From the NCBI GenBank assembly GCA_040881685.1, contig JBBECS010000054.1:26953-90952 (forward strand): 64,000 nucleotides of DNA, in the 5' to 3' direction. How positions within the stretch are numbered: position 1 is the first letter of the stretch; each line of letters begins with the position of its first letter. Below the pieces are notes generated by a model. That model worked only from the letters and a program-made list of their open reading frames with translations, searched no databases and was not told where the DNA came from. Positions 1 through 9,180 of this stretch are shown here, piece after piece. Source of the DNA: Acidimicrobiia bacterium. GTDB taxonomy: Bacteria; Actinomycetota; Acidimicrobiia; IMCC26256; PALSA-555. Made by a program: the position numbers and the translations under genes.

Positions 1-119
1 GCGTCCTGTGCCTGCCGACCGGGGAGTCGCTGAGCGAGACCGACATCGACCGGATCTGCGACCGCGTCTCGACCATCGCTGCGAACGGCTCAGCAATCGC
101 CGCCCGGCTTGCCTCGTGA
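1..119 (+). CDS. 3' end of a DegT/DnrJ/EryC1-type sugar aminotransferase (5' part lies upstream of the window)
   Basis: Frame 3 reads VLCLPTGESLSETDIDRICDRVSTIAANGSAIAARLAS, then TGA at 117-119. The LP...L..-D-[IV]-D-R-[IV] tail resembles the C-terminus of the complete family member at 32062-33366 (LRLPFYYELREEDIVRIARTI). It is absent from the ORF track because it has no start in the window. Confidence 0.4.
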   Translation, partial: VLCLPTGESLSETDIDRICDRVSTIAANGSAIAARLAS

Positions 120-283
120 GCGCGCTCAGCGCATCTGGACCGGCCTGAGACGGGCAGGGGCCCTCTCTCGACCATCAAAACGCCGAGCGCGCCCTGGTTC
201 GCGTAGGGTTCGTTCACCGTGGGTGTCAAGCGGGGCCGAGACTGCACGGCTTGTCCCATCGGCTTCATCGGGAGGGTGACGCA

Positions 284-1294
284 GTGACGAGACTCTCTTC
301 ATCTGCGACGCGCCCGCGGGCCGTGGCGCTCGCGGCAACGCTCACCCGGCCGGTGCGATGGCGAATCGATGAGTACTCGCGGGTCGGTCCGCTGGTGCGA
401 GGGCACGAGCGCCTCCGCGAACGGCTCGAGCGCCGTGAGGAGCGGCGACTCCTGGCACTGGCGCGTGCCGCGTCGGAGGACATTCGCTCGGCGCAGGAGC
501 GTGAGCCGCTCGTCACGGTCCGCGTCGTCACCTACGACCGCGGTCCCCTGATCGTCGAGCGGGCGCTGTCGTCGATCCTGCGTCAAACCTACGAACGTCT
601 CGAGATCCTGGTGGTTGGCGACTGTTGTGACGAGGTCACTGAGCGCGCAGTGCGTTCGGTGCGTGACCCTCGAGTGCGGTTCGTGAACCTCCCGGTGCGC
701 GGCTCGTACCCGGCCGACCGGCGGCTCCGCTGGATGGTCGCCGGTGCTGCACCGGCGAACGTCGCTCTCGACCTCGCGCGAGGCGCATGGATCGCGCCCT
801 GTGACGACGACGACGAGCTCACCGGCGACCATGTCGAGGTGCTTCTGAGCAAGGCCCTGGACGACCGGCTCGAGCTGGTACACAGCAACGCGCTCATGGA
901 AGCGACTCCGGGTTCGTGGTGGGTCAGTGGGGGTCCGAAACTCGCCGAAGGCGTGGCCCACGGGTCGATCCTCTACTCGAGCAGCCTCCGGTTCATGCGT
1001 TACTCGATGACGAGCTGGAAGAGGGCCGAGCCGGGCGACTGGAACCTCTGGCGGCGGATGCAGGCGATCGGCGTCCACAGCGGGTACCTCGACCGCATCA
1101 CCTACGTCCACTACAAGGGCGTCTACAAGACGCCGGAGCTCGCGCAACTCCCCCCCACGCCGTCTCCGCTCGACGATGGCCGCGTGCCCGATTGGGCGGA
1201 GAAGGCCCCCACCGACCGACACGCCGCCCTTGCTCAACCGGCGGAGTTGGCGGGATCGTCCATGTCAGCAAGCAAGGGCACGGTCAGCACATGA
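284..1294 (+). CDS. Glycosyltransferase family 2 (GT-A fold)
   Basis: LVTVRVVTYDRGPLIVERALSSILRQTYERLEILVVGD is the GT2 N-terminal nucleotide-sugar segment; APCDDDDE is a DXD-type motif. Start placed at GTG 284, 7 nt after GGAGGG (271-276). The track ORF opens at TTG 251. Confidence 0.8.
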   Translation: MTRLSSSATRPRAVALAATLTRPVRWRIDEYSRVGPLVRGHERLRERLERREERRLLALARAASEDIRSAQEREPLVTVRVVTYDRGPLIVERALSSILRQTYERLEILVVGDCCDEVTERAVRSVRDPRVRFVNLPVRGSYPADRRLRWMVAGAAPANVALDLARGAWIAPCDDDDELTGDHVEVLLSKALDDRLELVHSNALMEATPGSWWVSGGPKLAEGVAHGSILYSSSLRFMRYSMTSWKRAEPGDWNLWRRMQAIGVHSGYLDRITYVHYKGVYKTPELAQLPPTPSPLDDGRVPDWAEKAPTDRHAALAQPAELAGSSMSASKGTVST

Positions 1295-1464
1295 CCGCAA
1301 GGGGTACGACCTCTCGCTCCTCACGTCCGCCCCGACGGCGGGCCTAAGTCCGAAGCCCTGGATCCATCTCCACACCAGCCTTGGCACCGTCGGGTCACGT
1401 GGTCGCGCCCTGCCGGCTGGTGGCCGCGGACGGCACGGGCGAGGTACGGCTACACTTTTTCACC

Positions 1465-2166
1465 ATGACTATAGGGATAATGCAGCCCTATTTCTTCCCC
1501 TATATAGGCTATTTTCAGCTGGTGAGAGCGGTCGATGCCTTCGTCATCTATGACAATATTCAATATTCCAAACGGGGATGGATAAATCGGAACCGCTACT
1601 TGCAAAACGGCAAGGACGCCTTTTTTACATTACCGCTCAAGAGCGATTCCGACGTGTTGAATATCAGCGAGAGATACCTCGCAGCATCTTTCGAGCTGGA
1701 CAAGGAAAAGCTGAAGAGAAGAATCGAGGCAGCGTACCAAAAGGCACCAAACTTTGAACAGGCCTACTCTCTCTTCGCCGGATGCTTGGATTTCCCGAAT
1801 CACAATCTCTTTGATTTCTTACTCAATTCCCTCCGTTGTATCAATGACTACCTAGCAATAGATACGAAGTTGGTGATTTCATCAGAGATAGACCAGGGGC
1901 CGCGCCTCCGTGGGCAGCAGCGAGTCATTGCTCTTTGCAAGACCCTCGATGCCGGGGGTTACATGAATCCAATTGGTGGACTTCACTTGTACGACAAGCA
2001 CGCGTTCCGTCAAGAAGGCATACACCTCTCGTTCATCGAAACGCGAGGTGTTGTGTACCGACAGTTTGAGAATGCATTTGTTCCCAACCTTTCAATCCTG
2101 GACGTGCTGATGTTCAATGAGATCGAACAGGTACACGAGATGCTGAAGAGATACGAACTCCGGTGA
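1465..2166 (+). CDS. WbqC-like family protein (copy 1, AT-rich)
   Basis: MTIGIMQPYFFPYIGYFQLV...VIYDNIQYSKRGWINRNR aligns position-for-position with the second copy at 34842 (MRAVITQSNYIPWKGSFDVF...VLYDDVQYTRRDWRNRNK). The pattern matches the WbqC-like family as I remember it. ATG 1465 lies inside the longer TTG-initiated track ORF (1381). Confidence 0.8.
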   Translation: MTIGIMQPYFFPYIGYFQLVRAVDAFVIYDNIQYSKRGWINRNRYLQNGKDAFFTLPLKSDSDVLNISERYLAASFELDKEKLKRRIEAAYQKAPNFEQAYSLFAGCLDFPNHNLFDFLLNSLRCINDYLAIDTKLVISSEIDQGPRLRGQQRVIALCKTLDAGGYMNPIGGLHLYDKHAFRQEGIHLSFIETRGVVYRQFENAFVPNLSILDVLMFNEIEQVHEMLKRYELR

Positions 2167-2816
2167 ACATTGCATTCTATGTCTCTGGTAAAGCAGGGAG
2201 ACTCAAGAAAATTCTCGAGCACGGCAGCGAAGAATTGATCAAGAGCACCAAGTTGATATTTTCTGACGATCGTCAGAATTCCTTCTTAGAGAAGCCTGCA
2301 CTGGGATTGGCAATCGAGTACCACTGCTTGGATTATCAGGCCATACGTAGAACGGATCGATCAAGGAACTTGATCTTGTCGGACGAGCTCTTAGAACTGT
2401 TGAGGCGCCACAGTGTGGAGTACTGCTTTTCCTTTGGCGACCATCTGCTGAAGGGAGAGATTCTGAACGAATACAAGTATAGGCTCATCAACTTTCATCC
2501 CTCCATATTGCCGATGTTTCCCGGAAGGTTGTCCGTAGATCAGGCGGTTGACGCCGGGAGTAATCTCCTTGGTAACACTGCCCACTTTATCGGTCCCGGA
2601 GTCGATGATGGGCCGATCATCATGCAGCATGTAGTCTCCGCCAAAGTCTTCGAAGGCGACTACGACAGCATCCTGGATCAGCAGGTTGTCATGCTCGAGC
2701 AGATATTTGCGTGGCTGCGATCCGGTCGTCTCAGCGTGAACGATGATGAAGTTACGGTCTTCGGGGCGAACTATCAGGGATCAGCGTTCTTCCCGGAGCT
2801 TGAAACCGAGGAGTAA
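2163..2816 (+). CDS. Formyltransferase-fold enzyme (PurN/Fmt/ArnA-N type); candidate sugar N-formyltransferase
   Basis: LINFHPSILPMFPGR...HFIGPGVDDGPIIMQ carries the Asn-His...Asp signature of the formyl_trans_N fold. GTG 2163 overlaps the WbqC stop (GTGA). Confidence 0.75.
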   Translation: MNIAFYVSGKAGRLKKILEHGSEELIKSTKLIFSDDRQNSFLEKPALGLAIEYHCLDYQAIRRTDRSRNLILSDELLELLRRHSVEYCFSFGDHLLKGEILNEYKYRLINFHPSILPMFPGRLSVDQAVDAGSNLLGNTAHFIGPGVDDGPIIMQHVVSAKVFEGDYDSILDQQVVMLEQIFAWLRSGRLSVNDDEVTVFGANYQGSAFFPELETEE

Positions 2817-2827
2817 GACAAGGCATT

Positions 2828-2854
2828 CGATCGTCGCTTGCCGGCTCGACGATC
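2828..2854. terminator. Candidate bidirectional hairpin between convergent genes
   Basis: GATCGTCG (2829-2836) / CGACGATC (2847-2854), an 8-bp stem around a 10-nt loop. It lies between the formyltransferase stop (2816) and the stop of the minus-strand gene (2853-2855). There is no clear U-tract. Confidence 0.3.
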
Positions 2855-4961
2855 ACGACGAGGGCACCGGACGCGCCTTGCGAGCCCTTGTCCGCTGGAC
2901 ACCGACCTTGTACCAACCGTACGGGTACCGCAACCAACCCACACCGGCGGCGCGCATGCGGATCGGCGGCCAGCCGCCGCCAGTCACCAGCCGGCGTGGC
3001 GCGAACAACTGGCCCACGATGCCGAGCGCGCTCGACGGCCCCGTCTTGGGGCGGTAGCCCCTCCGGCGGCGCCCTGCGTCGTACACGGGGAGCTGCTCGA
3101 AGAAGCGGATCTCGGCCGTCGAGGGCCGAAAGAGCATCCGAGCGTGGTACCCGGCGGCGAGGTCTACCAGCTCTTCGTCGTCGAGGGGACTCCGCGCCAG
3201 CTCTCGGCAAAGAAGACGGAAACGCCGCTCGATGCGGTGCTGCACGGGCGCGACATACTGCTCGTACGCCGCACGCTCCTCCGGGATGTCTTCGAGGACC
3301 GGAACCGCGCCTTCGTCACGCCACTCGTAGCCGCGCACGCTCCCGTGGTCGGCCGAGAGCAGGGCCTCGAAAATCGTCTTGAAGTGGGCGAAGACCTCCA
3401 GGTGCGCGGACCGCCAGGGCCAGTTGTGGAACAAGATCCCCTGCTTGGACTCCAGGGCCTCCGGAGGAGCGGCGACAAGCAGCCCCAGGTAGTGCCCTCT
3501 GAGCGCGACTCGTGAGCCGGGAACGAGGACGCGCGCGAGCCGATCTTGGGTGGTTCCCTTCCAACCCACGTCGACGAGGTGCACAACCGGGCGCGCCGAC
3601 CAATCGACGCTCTTGTCGAGGTACTCGAGGAGCGCTTCTCTCTGCTCGACCCGACGTTGCTCGTACTCCTCGGCGAAGGCCGCGTGTGCGAGGACCGCGT
3701 CGAGGTCAAGAGACGTCGAGCCCGCGGGGTCACCGGTCATGGCGGTGGCCAAGCGCTCGAGCGACGCGGCGTCGAAGCCCAGCGTCTCAAGGAACTCCCC
3801 GACGGTCAGGCCGGGTCTCCTCTCGCGGACTGCCTCGAACTCCTCGTGGGGGAGCGGCGGGAGCGACGGCAGATAGGTGGCCCGGCGCGAGACCATGAGG
3901 TAGCTCTGCGTGATCCGCATGGAGCCGGGCAGCGCGGTCTCCTCCTCGTAGGCAGCGAGGAGCCGAGAGAGGAACTGGCCCTCGCGAGCCAGGAAGAGGG
4001 CTTCGCGCGCACCCTCGGCCCGGAGCCGCCGGTGCAGGCGGCGAACGAAGGTGTAGAGGGTGAGCCCCATCGCCGGGAACAGGTCCGCTTCGTCGGCTGG
4101 CCGAAGCAGGCCGTCGAGTTGGCGCTCGACGTCCCTGGCCACCTCGTCGGCTCCAGCGTCCTTCCGCCGCTCCCACGTTCCCTGCGTCACGAGGTGTGAC
4201 CTCATCCCGGCCTCCCTGGCGCGTCGCCCGTCCGAGATGGGGTTGTCCCCGACGACCAAGACGTCCTGTGGGTCGACGCCGACACGCTTCGCGACGAGCT
4301 CGAACAGCGCCCCGCTCTTCTTGGTGCGGCCATGCTCGCACGAGACGAACACGTCGCCGAAGAGATCGGTCAACCCGTGGTGCTCGAGGAACCGGCCGAA
4401 GTGGGGCTGCGGGATGTAGAAGTCGGAGACGAGCACCAGCTCCGCACCGTTGGGTCGCTGGCGGAGCGCCTTTACGAGGGCGACGTCGACTCGCTGCACC
4501 AGGAGGTCCGATTCCACCTCGGCGTCGATCATCAGCGTCGCGAGGCCCTCGGTCGAGTACTCGGCGGTTCGCGAACCACGGCCCGATCGCGCCACGACCT
4601 CCGCGAGCTCGTCGGCGAGGTCGTCGAGTCGGAAGTCGGCGTCGAGACCCTGTTCGAGCGCCCGGTTGCAGAGCCTGCGCTCAACCTCGATGCGTGTTCG
4701 GTACAGGTCGATGGGGTCGACATCGAGGTCGAGCTGCTCCACCAGCCGGCGCCCGGCCAGCAGCTTCACGTACCAAGGAGGGACGGTGCGCGTGACGACG
4801 GTGCCGAAGTAGTCGACAAGGACGACCCGCGGCTTGGCGCCTTCGAGCACCCGGTGCAGGTTCCGAACCGCCAAGCGGCGAGGAAGCCGCCGCTGAGCGG
4901 GCTCGACGAGCCGTTCCCTCAGGAGCGAAGCGACCGACCTGCCTACCGGGACAGAACCCAA
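2853..4961 (-). CDS. HAD-superfamily domain fused to a large uncharacterised C-terminal domain
   Basis: The N-terminal half has HAD-like motifs: VVLVDYFGTVVTR (motif I position), LVLVSDFY, KKSGALFELVAKRVG, and VLVVGDNPISDGRRAREAG (motif IV GDxxxD). I could not assign the C-terminal ~400 aa to any family. Confidence 0.6.
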   Translation of the reverse strand: MGSVPVGRSVASLLRERLVEPAQRRLPRRLAVRNLHRVLEGAKPRVVLVDYFGTVVTRTVPPWYVKLLAGRRLVEQLDLDVDPIDLYRTRIEVERRLCNRALEQGLDADFRLDDLADELAEVVARSGRGSRTAEYSTEGLATLMIDAEVESDLLVQRVDVALVKALRQRPNGAELVLVSDFYIPQPHFGRFLEHHGLTDLFGDVFVSCEHGRTKKSGALFELVAKRVGVDPQDVLVVGDNPISDGRRAREAGMRSHLVTQGTWERRKDAGADEVARDVERQLDGLLRPADEADLFPAMGLTLYTFVRRLHRRLRAEGAREALFLAREGQFLSRLLAAYEEETALPGSMRITQSYLMVSRRATYLPSLPPLPHEEFEAVRERRPGLTVGEFLETLGFDAASLERLATAMTGDPAGSTSLDLDAVLAHAAFAEEYEQRRVEQREALLEYLDKSVDWSARPVVHLVDVGWKGTTQDRLARVLVPGSRVALRGHYLGLLVAAPPEALESKQGILFHNWPWRSAHLEVFAHFKTIFEALLSADHGSVRGYEWRDEGAVPVLEDIPEERAAYEQYVAPVQHRIERRFRLLCRELARSPLDDEELVDLAAGYHARMLFRPSTAEIRFFEQLPVYDAGRRRRGYRPKTGPSSALGIVGQLFAPRRLVTGGGWPPIRMRAAGVGWLRYPYGWYKVGVQRTRARKARPVPSS

Positions 4962-5068
4962 GAATCGGTCGACATCACCCGGGTGATCCGCCGCGAGAGT
5001 CCGACGCGTTCCGCACCCCGGAGGCTTCCATGGCCAACCAGCCTAGTTGTAGATCCCAGGCACGTTGG

Positions 5069-6079
5069 TCAGGCGGGCGGGGAGCCGCGTGGCCGGCCGT
5101 TGGTGTCTGAGAGCGCAGTGGGGTTGCCGTCACGCCGACGTAGGCGTCGAAGGGTTTCGAGAGCCCGCCTCGGCAGGGCACGCGCGATGCGGATACGGGC
5201 GCGCTCTCGCCAGTCCTGGCTCCGATGCGGACGCCGAGGGTCTCGTTCTGGCCAGGCTCGAGCCCGCGGCGTTGGGTCGCCTCCGCGGACCAACTCGGGC
5301 GACATCGGGGATCCGCGGAAAGCGACGAGCATCAAGCGGTCCGCATAGCGCGTGAAACCCACGGCGGTCTCGACCACGAGCGTTGTCGTGAAACCGACCT
5401 CAGCAAGCCCGCGGAGCAGAGACCGCTTCGTGAGCCAGAAACTCGCCGGGTTGTCGAGCGAGGCCCGGAGCGCGCGCTCGCGTTGCTCGGCAGTGCTAGC
5501 GGGATCGTGCTCGACGTAGGAGCGACCCCAGTAGTCGATGCCTCCGTACGAGCGCCGTTCCTTCCGGCGGAGGCTCACGTGAGTCTCGATGACGGCAAAC
5601 CCGCGGCAGACATCGGCGATCCGCTCGAGGAATTGGAATACGTCTGGTGCATCAAGGTGGTAGAGGATTCCGAGACAGAGAACCACGTCGAATTGACCAT
5701 GGGTCTCGGCGCTGAGACTTCGAACGTCCTCGTGGAGGAACTGCACCTCGCCGAGTTCCAGCGCGCGGGCGGCGAAGGACGCCCGCTCGAGGTTCGATCG
5801 GCGACCCTCGATACCCACGACCTCGGCACCTCGCTTCGCGAACTCAAGCCCGAAGATGCCTTCGAGGCATGCAAGGTCGAGAACACGAAGTTGATCGATG
5901 GGGCGCGGCGCAAGGTCGCTCACCACTTGCACGACACCTACCAGCCTCGCCCAGGTCGCCGAGGTGTCATCGGAGCCCTTTGTGTAGACGCCGTCGGCAA
6001 CCTCGAAGTTGTGAGCATTCCATGGCCCGTGGGCGTCGGTGACCGCGCGCATCTCGCTCAACACCAATTCACGGTCCAT
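5069..6079 (-). CDS. Class I SAM-dependent methyltransferase
   Basis: LRVLDLACLEGIFGLEFAKRGAEVVGIEGR (motif I, GxGxG-like) and FDVVLCLGILYHL. Start placed at ATG 6079 (MDRELVLSEM). The 66 codons upstream in the track ORF are R/S/G-rich and look non-coding. Confidence 0.75.
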   Translation of the reverse strand: MDRELVLSEMRAVTDAHGPWNAHNFEVADGVYTKGSDDTSATWARLVGVVQVVSDLAPRPIDQLRVLDLACLEGIFGLEFAKRGAEVVGIEGRRSNLERASFAARALELGEVQFLHEDVRSLSAETHGQFDVVLCLGILYHLDAPDVFQFLERIADVCRGFAVIETHVSLRRKERRSYGGIDYWGRSYVEHDPASTAEQRERALRASLDNPASFWLTKRSLLRGLAEVGFTTTLVVETAVGFTRYADRLMLVAFRGSPMSPELVRGGDPTPRARAWPERDPRRPHRSQDWRERARIRIARALPRRALETLRRLRRRDGNPTALSDTNGRPRGSPPA

Positions 6080-6337
6080 TCCTTCAGTGCCTCCTTCGTC
6101 GCAGGGACCACGACCAAACGGGTCCCCGAAGCTCCTCGATGACGCCGTACGAATGATCTCTTGTGTGCTCCAGCCGAGCAACCCAGCGGAGCCTGATCTC
6201 TCACACCTGGTTGCCCAGGAGGCGCGCGCGCATGATGTCAGGGACCTCCCACCGGGTCGTCGTGTTTGGATCGGCACCCGGGGTCAAACCCAAGCCGTCA
6301 CGACGACCGTTGGATGGTCGCCGTTCCGCGCGACCTC

Positions 6338-7489
6338 TTAGCTGGATGCTCTGCCCTTGCGCGCCGCGACCTCGTGATAGCTCTCCATGACGGTGCGTAC
6401 TACGTTCCGCTCGTCGAAGTGCCTCAGCGCGAACTCTCGTCCACCGGCTCCGAAACGATCGCGAAGCTCCGCGTCATCTCCGAGCCGTGCGATCGCCGCG
6501 CTGAGCGCACCCGCGTCATCTACGGGGACGAGGAACCCGGTGGCAGTGTCCTCGACAACCTGACGGCACCCGCGGATGTCCGTTGCAACGATTGGCAAAC
6601 CCATCGCGGCCGCCTCCATCGCGGCGCGCGGAAACCCTTCCCGGTGCGTCGCGAGCACGAAGACATCGAAGGCCGTGTAGAGACGATCGACATCGTCGCG
6701 TTGCCCGAGGAAGCAGATGCCGTCCCGGGCGGCCCGATCGAGCATCGCGCGGGGAAGGGCATCCGCCTTGTCCGGATCTTCCGGCCCCACGGCGACCAAC
6801 CGGTAGCGGTCGCCGAGCGCCTCCATTGCGTCGAACAACTCCGGGTAGCCCTTCTCTGCGACCAGACGTCCAACCGTTCCGACGACGAGCTGCCCGGGTC
6901 GGATGCTGAGCTCGCGTCGTGTCGACTCACGGTCTGCATCGCTGAATCGCGCGGGATCGAAGCGCGTGAGGTCCACACCGTTTCCGAGCAGACGGGCCCG
7001 CTTCCTCGGCGTGATTCGCCAGCGAAGCATGAGCTCGAGATCCTCTGCGTTCTGTACGAGCTCGACGTCGGAGAACCGTGCCGCAATCGCCTCGAGCACG
7101 TAGACGACGACGCGCTTGCGCCGGGGGTCGCGGTCGGTGGCGTACAGGCCGTGCACGGTGTTCACCACGATCGGTACGCCCGCGAGCCGCCCGAGAATCC
7201 GGCCGTACACGCCCGTTTTCGGGTTGTGCGTGTGCAGCACGTCGAGGCGCTCACGTCGAAGGATCCGCCAGAGCTCCCGCGCGGCGCGCAGGTCCGCACG
7301 CAAGTTCGCGCCCCGTGTCGAGGACGGCAGCGCGATGTGACGGATGCCGTCGCGCTCAAGCCCTTCGACCCAGGGTCCTGGCGCGCTGATCCCGACCGCT
7401 TCGCCTCCCGCGTCGACGACTGCGCGGAGCTGCGGGAAGAGCAGGAAGCGCAAGCTGCTGTCGACGGTCGTGAGATGGGCGACGCGCAT
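6338..7489 (-). CDS. Glycosyltransferase family 4 (GT-B)
   Basis: MRVAHLTTVDSSLRFLL..., LVVGTVGRLVAEKGY..., and VFVLATHREGFPRAAMEAAAMGLPIVATD (the E-x7-E region typical of GT4). Confidence 0.8.
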   Translation of the reverse strand: MRVAHLTTVDSSLRFLLFPQLRAVVDAGGEAVGISAPGPWVEGLERDGIRHIALPSSTRGANLRADLRAARELWRILRRERLDVLHTHNPKTGVYGRILGRLAGVPIVVNTVHGLYATDRDPRRKRVVVYVLEAIAARFSDVELVQNAEDLELMLRWRITPRKRARLLGNGVDLTRFDPARFSDADRESTRRELSIRPGQLVVGTVGRLVAEKGYPELFDAMEALGDRYRLVAVGPEDPDKADALPRAMLDRAARDGICFLGQRDDVDRLYTAFDVFVLATHREGFPRAAMEAAAMGLPIVATDIRGCRQVVEDTATGFLVPVDDAGALSAAIARLGDDAELRDRFGAGGREFALRHFDERNVVRTVMESYHEVAARKGRASS

Positions 7490-7498
7490 TTCGGCTGC

Positions 7499-8182
7499 TC
7501 AGCGGTCGAGTGTGGCCAGCAGACCGGCGAGATCCCGAAAGTCGCCCACTTCGAGGTCGACGTCGGGTCCGCTGGGCGTCGCGGCGTGGAGGCTCATCGG
7601 GCGACGGACGCGCACTGTCTTCCATCTCCGCGCGCGCGGACCCGCGAAGTCCTTTGCCGGATTGTCGGCAATGTATACGCACCTCGCTCCTGGCACCCCG
7701 AACACCTGCTCCACGCCCTCAAACGCGCGGGGGTGTGGCTTCGCATAGATGTCGCCCAGCTCCGCCGTGAACACGATCGTTCGGGCCCACTGGTCGACCC
7801 CGAGCGCACGGGCCTTCGCCCGTTGGGATTCGACGGGCCCGTCGGTCACGACCGCGAGCGCGACGAGTGGCGCCAGCGCCTCCACAATCCGGGCCGCGTC
7901 GGGGAGCAACTCGATGGCTGGCTCGTGACGCCGGTAGACATCGACGAGGGCGAGGACGATCCGCGGCGAGGGCTCGACGCCACAGTCCCGAAGCACGTCG
8001 TCGAAGATCGTCCCGCGCCCACCAGCCTCGAACCGATCCCAGGCGCGCTCGCCGAAGTGCGTAACACCGAGCTCGGTCGAGGCCCATTCGTCCGCCGCTC
8101 GGAAGCCGCTCTGCACGTAGTCCCGCTCGAGGTACACCGTGTCGTCGAGGTCGAAGACGACGCAGTCCGCCGCGGGAATCAT
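7499..8182 (-). CDS. HAD-family hydrolase/phosphatase
   Basis: CVVFDLDDTVY (DxDxT motif I), VVTDGPVESQ, KPHPRAF, YIADNPAKD. ATG 8182 overlaps the upstream stop (ATGA at 8179-8182). Confidence 0.75.
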   Translation of the reverse strand: MIPAADCVVFDLDDTVYLERDYVQSGFRAADEWASTELGVTHFGERAWDRFEAGGRGTIFDDVLRDCGVEPSPRIVLALVDVYRRHEPAIELLPDAARIVEALAPLVALAVVTDGPVESQRAKARALGVDQWARTIVFTAELGDIYAKPHPRAFEGVEQVFGVPGARCVYIADNPAKDFAGPRARRWKTVRVRRPMSLHAATPSGPDVDLEVGDFRDLAGLLATLDR

Positions 8183-9180
8183 CGGCCCGAGCCCTGGCCG
8201 AGGCCCACGTCGCTCGCGTCGACGAAGATCGCATCGTCGTAGCGCAGCATCACGACGCCGTCGCGCCATTCGTCCGCGACCGCGCTCGGCGAGAGACCGG
8301 CCCCGTCCTCGAGGAGCCAGCGGGGAAAGGGCGCGCCTGCCTCCCACGAGAGCGGGAACCCACCACCGAAGCGCGGATTGATCTCGATGATCCGCGGCTG
8401 CTTCTCGTCGGCGTCGAGGAACACCTGGACGTTCAGCGCGCCGTACGCGCCTGGGAGCGCCTCGACGACGCGGCACGCGAGTTGCTGGAGCAGCGGGCAC
8501 CGGACCGTGACGCCCTTGCTCACCTCACCACTTCGAACCTCGAGTCGGCGGCGCGGAACCGCGCAACGTGCCCGTCCGGAACGATCAGCGAACACGTCGA
8601 CGGTGTACTCGTGCCCGCGCGCGACCTCCTCAACGACGACGTCGGCGTCCGCGACGAGGTCGAGCTCGTCGGCGCTGCCCACTGTGGTGACCCCGATCGA
8701 TGCACTCCCCCGCCGGGGCTTGACCACGAGTGGGTAGCGCCAGCCATCGCCGCGGCCGAGCACCGCGTCGGGGCGGGCCTGGCGCACGGTCGGGAAACCG
8801 TTCGCCACGAGCCATTCGTTCGTCCGGAGCTTGTCGGCGCCGACGTCGACCGTCTCAGGATCCGAAATCGCGACGATGACACCGGCGTCCGCGAACGTCC
8901 CTCGGTGAGCCGCCAGCACCGCCAGCTCGGTGTCGATCGTGGGCACGATCAGGCGAACGTCATGGAGACGGCACACCTCGAGCAGCGCGGGAACGAACTC
9001 TTCGGAGATGCAGCGCGGGACGACGACCGCCCGATCGGCGGCGTGGAAGGCTGCCGAGAGCGGCGACGCGTCCGCCGCGATCACCATGCCGTCGGAGCTG
9101 AGTTCGCGCAGGCTCGCGCGAAACGCGCGGAGCAACGCGACCCGCCGTCCCGCCGAGGAGAGCAGCACGTTCCCGGTCAT
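8179..9180 (-). CDS. ATP-grasp domain protein (carbamoyl-phosphate-synthase-L-like carboxylate-amine ligase)
   Basis: YPLVVKPRRGSASIGV, EYTVDVF, GALNVQVFLD..QPRIIEINPRFGGGFP. ATG 9180 overlaps the stop of the sugar transferase (ATGA). Confidence 0.8.
   Translation of the reverse strand: MTGNVLLSSAGRRVALLRAFRASLRELSSDGMVIAADASPLSAAFHAADRAVVVPRCISEEFVPALLEVCRLHDVRLIVPTIDTELAVLAAHRGTFADAGVIVAISDPETVDVGADKLRTNEWLVANGFPTVRQARPDAVLGRGDGWRYPLVVKPRRGSASIGVTTVGSADELDLVADADVVVEEVARGHEYTVDVFADRSGRARCAVPRRRLEVRSGEVSKGVTVRCPLLQQLACRVVEALPGAYGALNVQVFLDADEKQPRIIEINPRFGGGFPLSWEAGAPFPRWLLEDGAGLSPSAVADEWRDGVVMLRYDDAIFVDASDVGLGQGSGR

Larger units (their letters stand above)
1440..2830. other. AT-rich island (probable horizontally acquired cassette) carrying WbqC-like + formyltransferase genes
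   Basis: Abrupt composition change. Hand count of 1501-1560 gives 25/60 G+C, against 45/60 for 12001-12060. A/T-ending codons are used throughout both genes, and the flanking genes return to GC-rich codons. Confidence 0.7.

Noticed and set aside
1295-2852. The AT-rich island as a discrete mobile element (IS, integron cassette or prophage remnant).
   Set aside because: I found no integrase or transposase, no inverted or direct terminal repeats by eye, and no attC-like structure beyond the ordinary hairpin at 2828-2854. It is reported only as a compositional island.
6266-8242. 658-aa plus-strand ORF. Similar very long ORFs occur at 13665-15182, 14935-16740, 16577-18745, 18681-19883, 19819-21231, 20415-21950, 24379-25551, 25645-26685 and 50692-52464.
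   Set aside because: All lie antisense to genes with clear family motifs. Their products are R/P/A/G-rich with no recognisable motif, and stop-free antisense frames are expected at ~70% GC. They are shadow ORFs.
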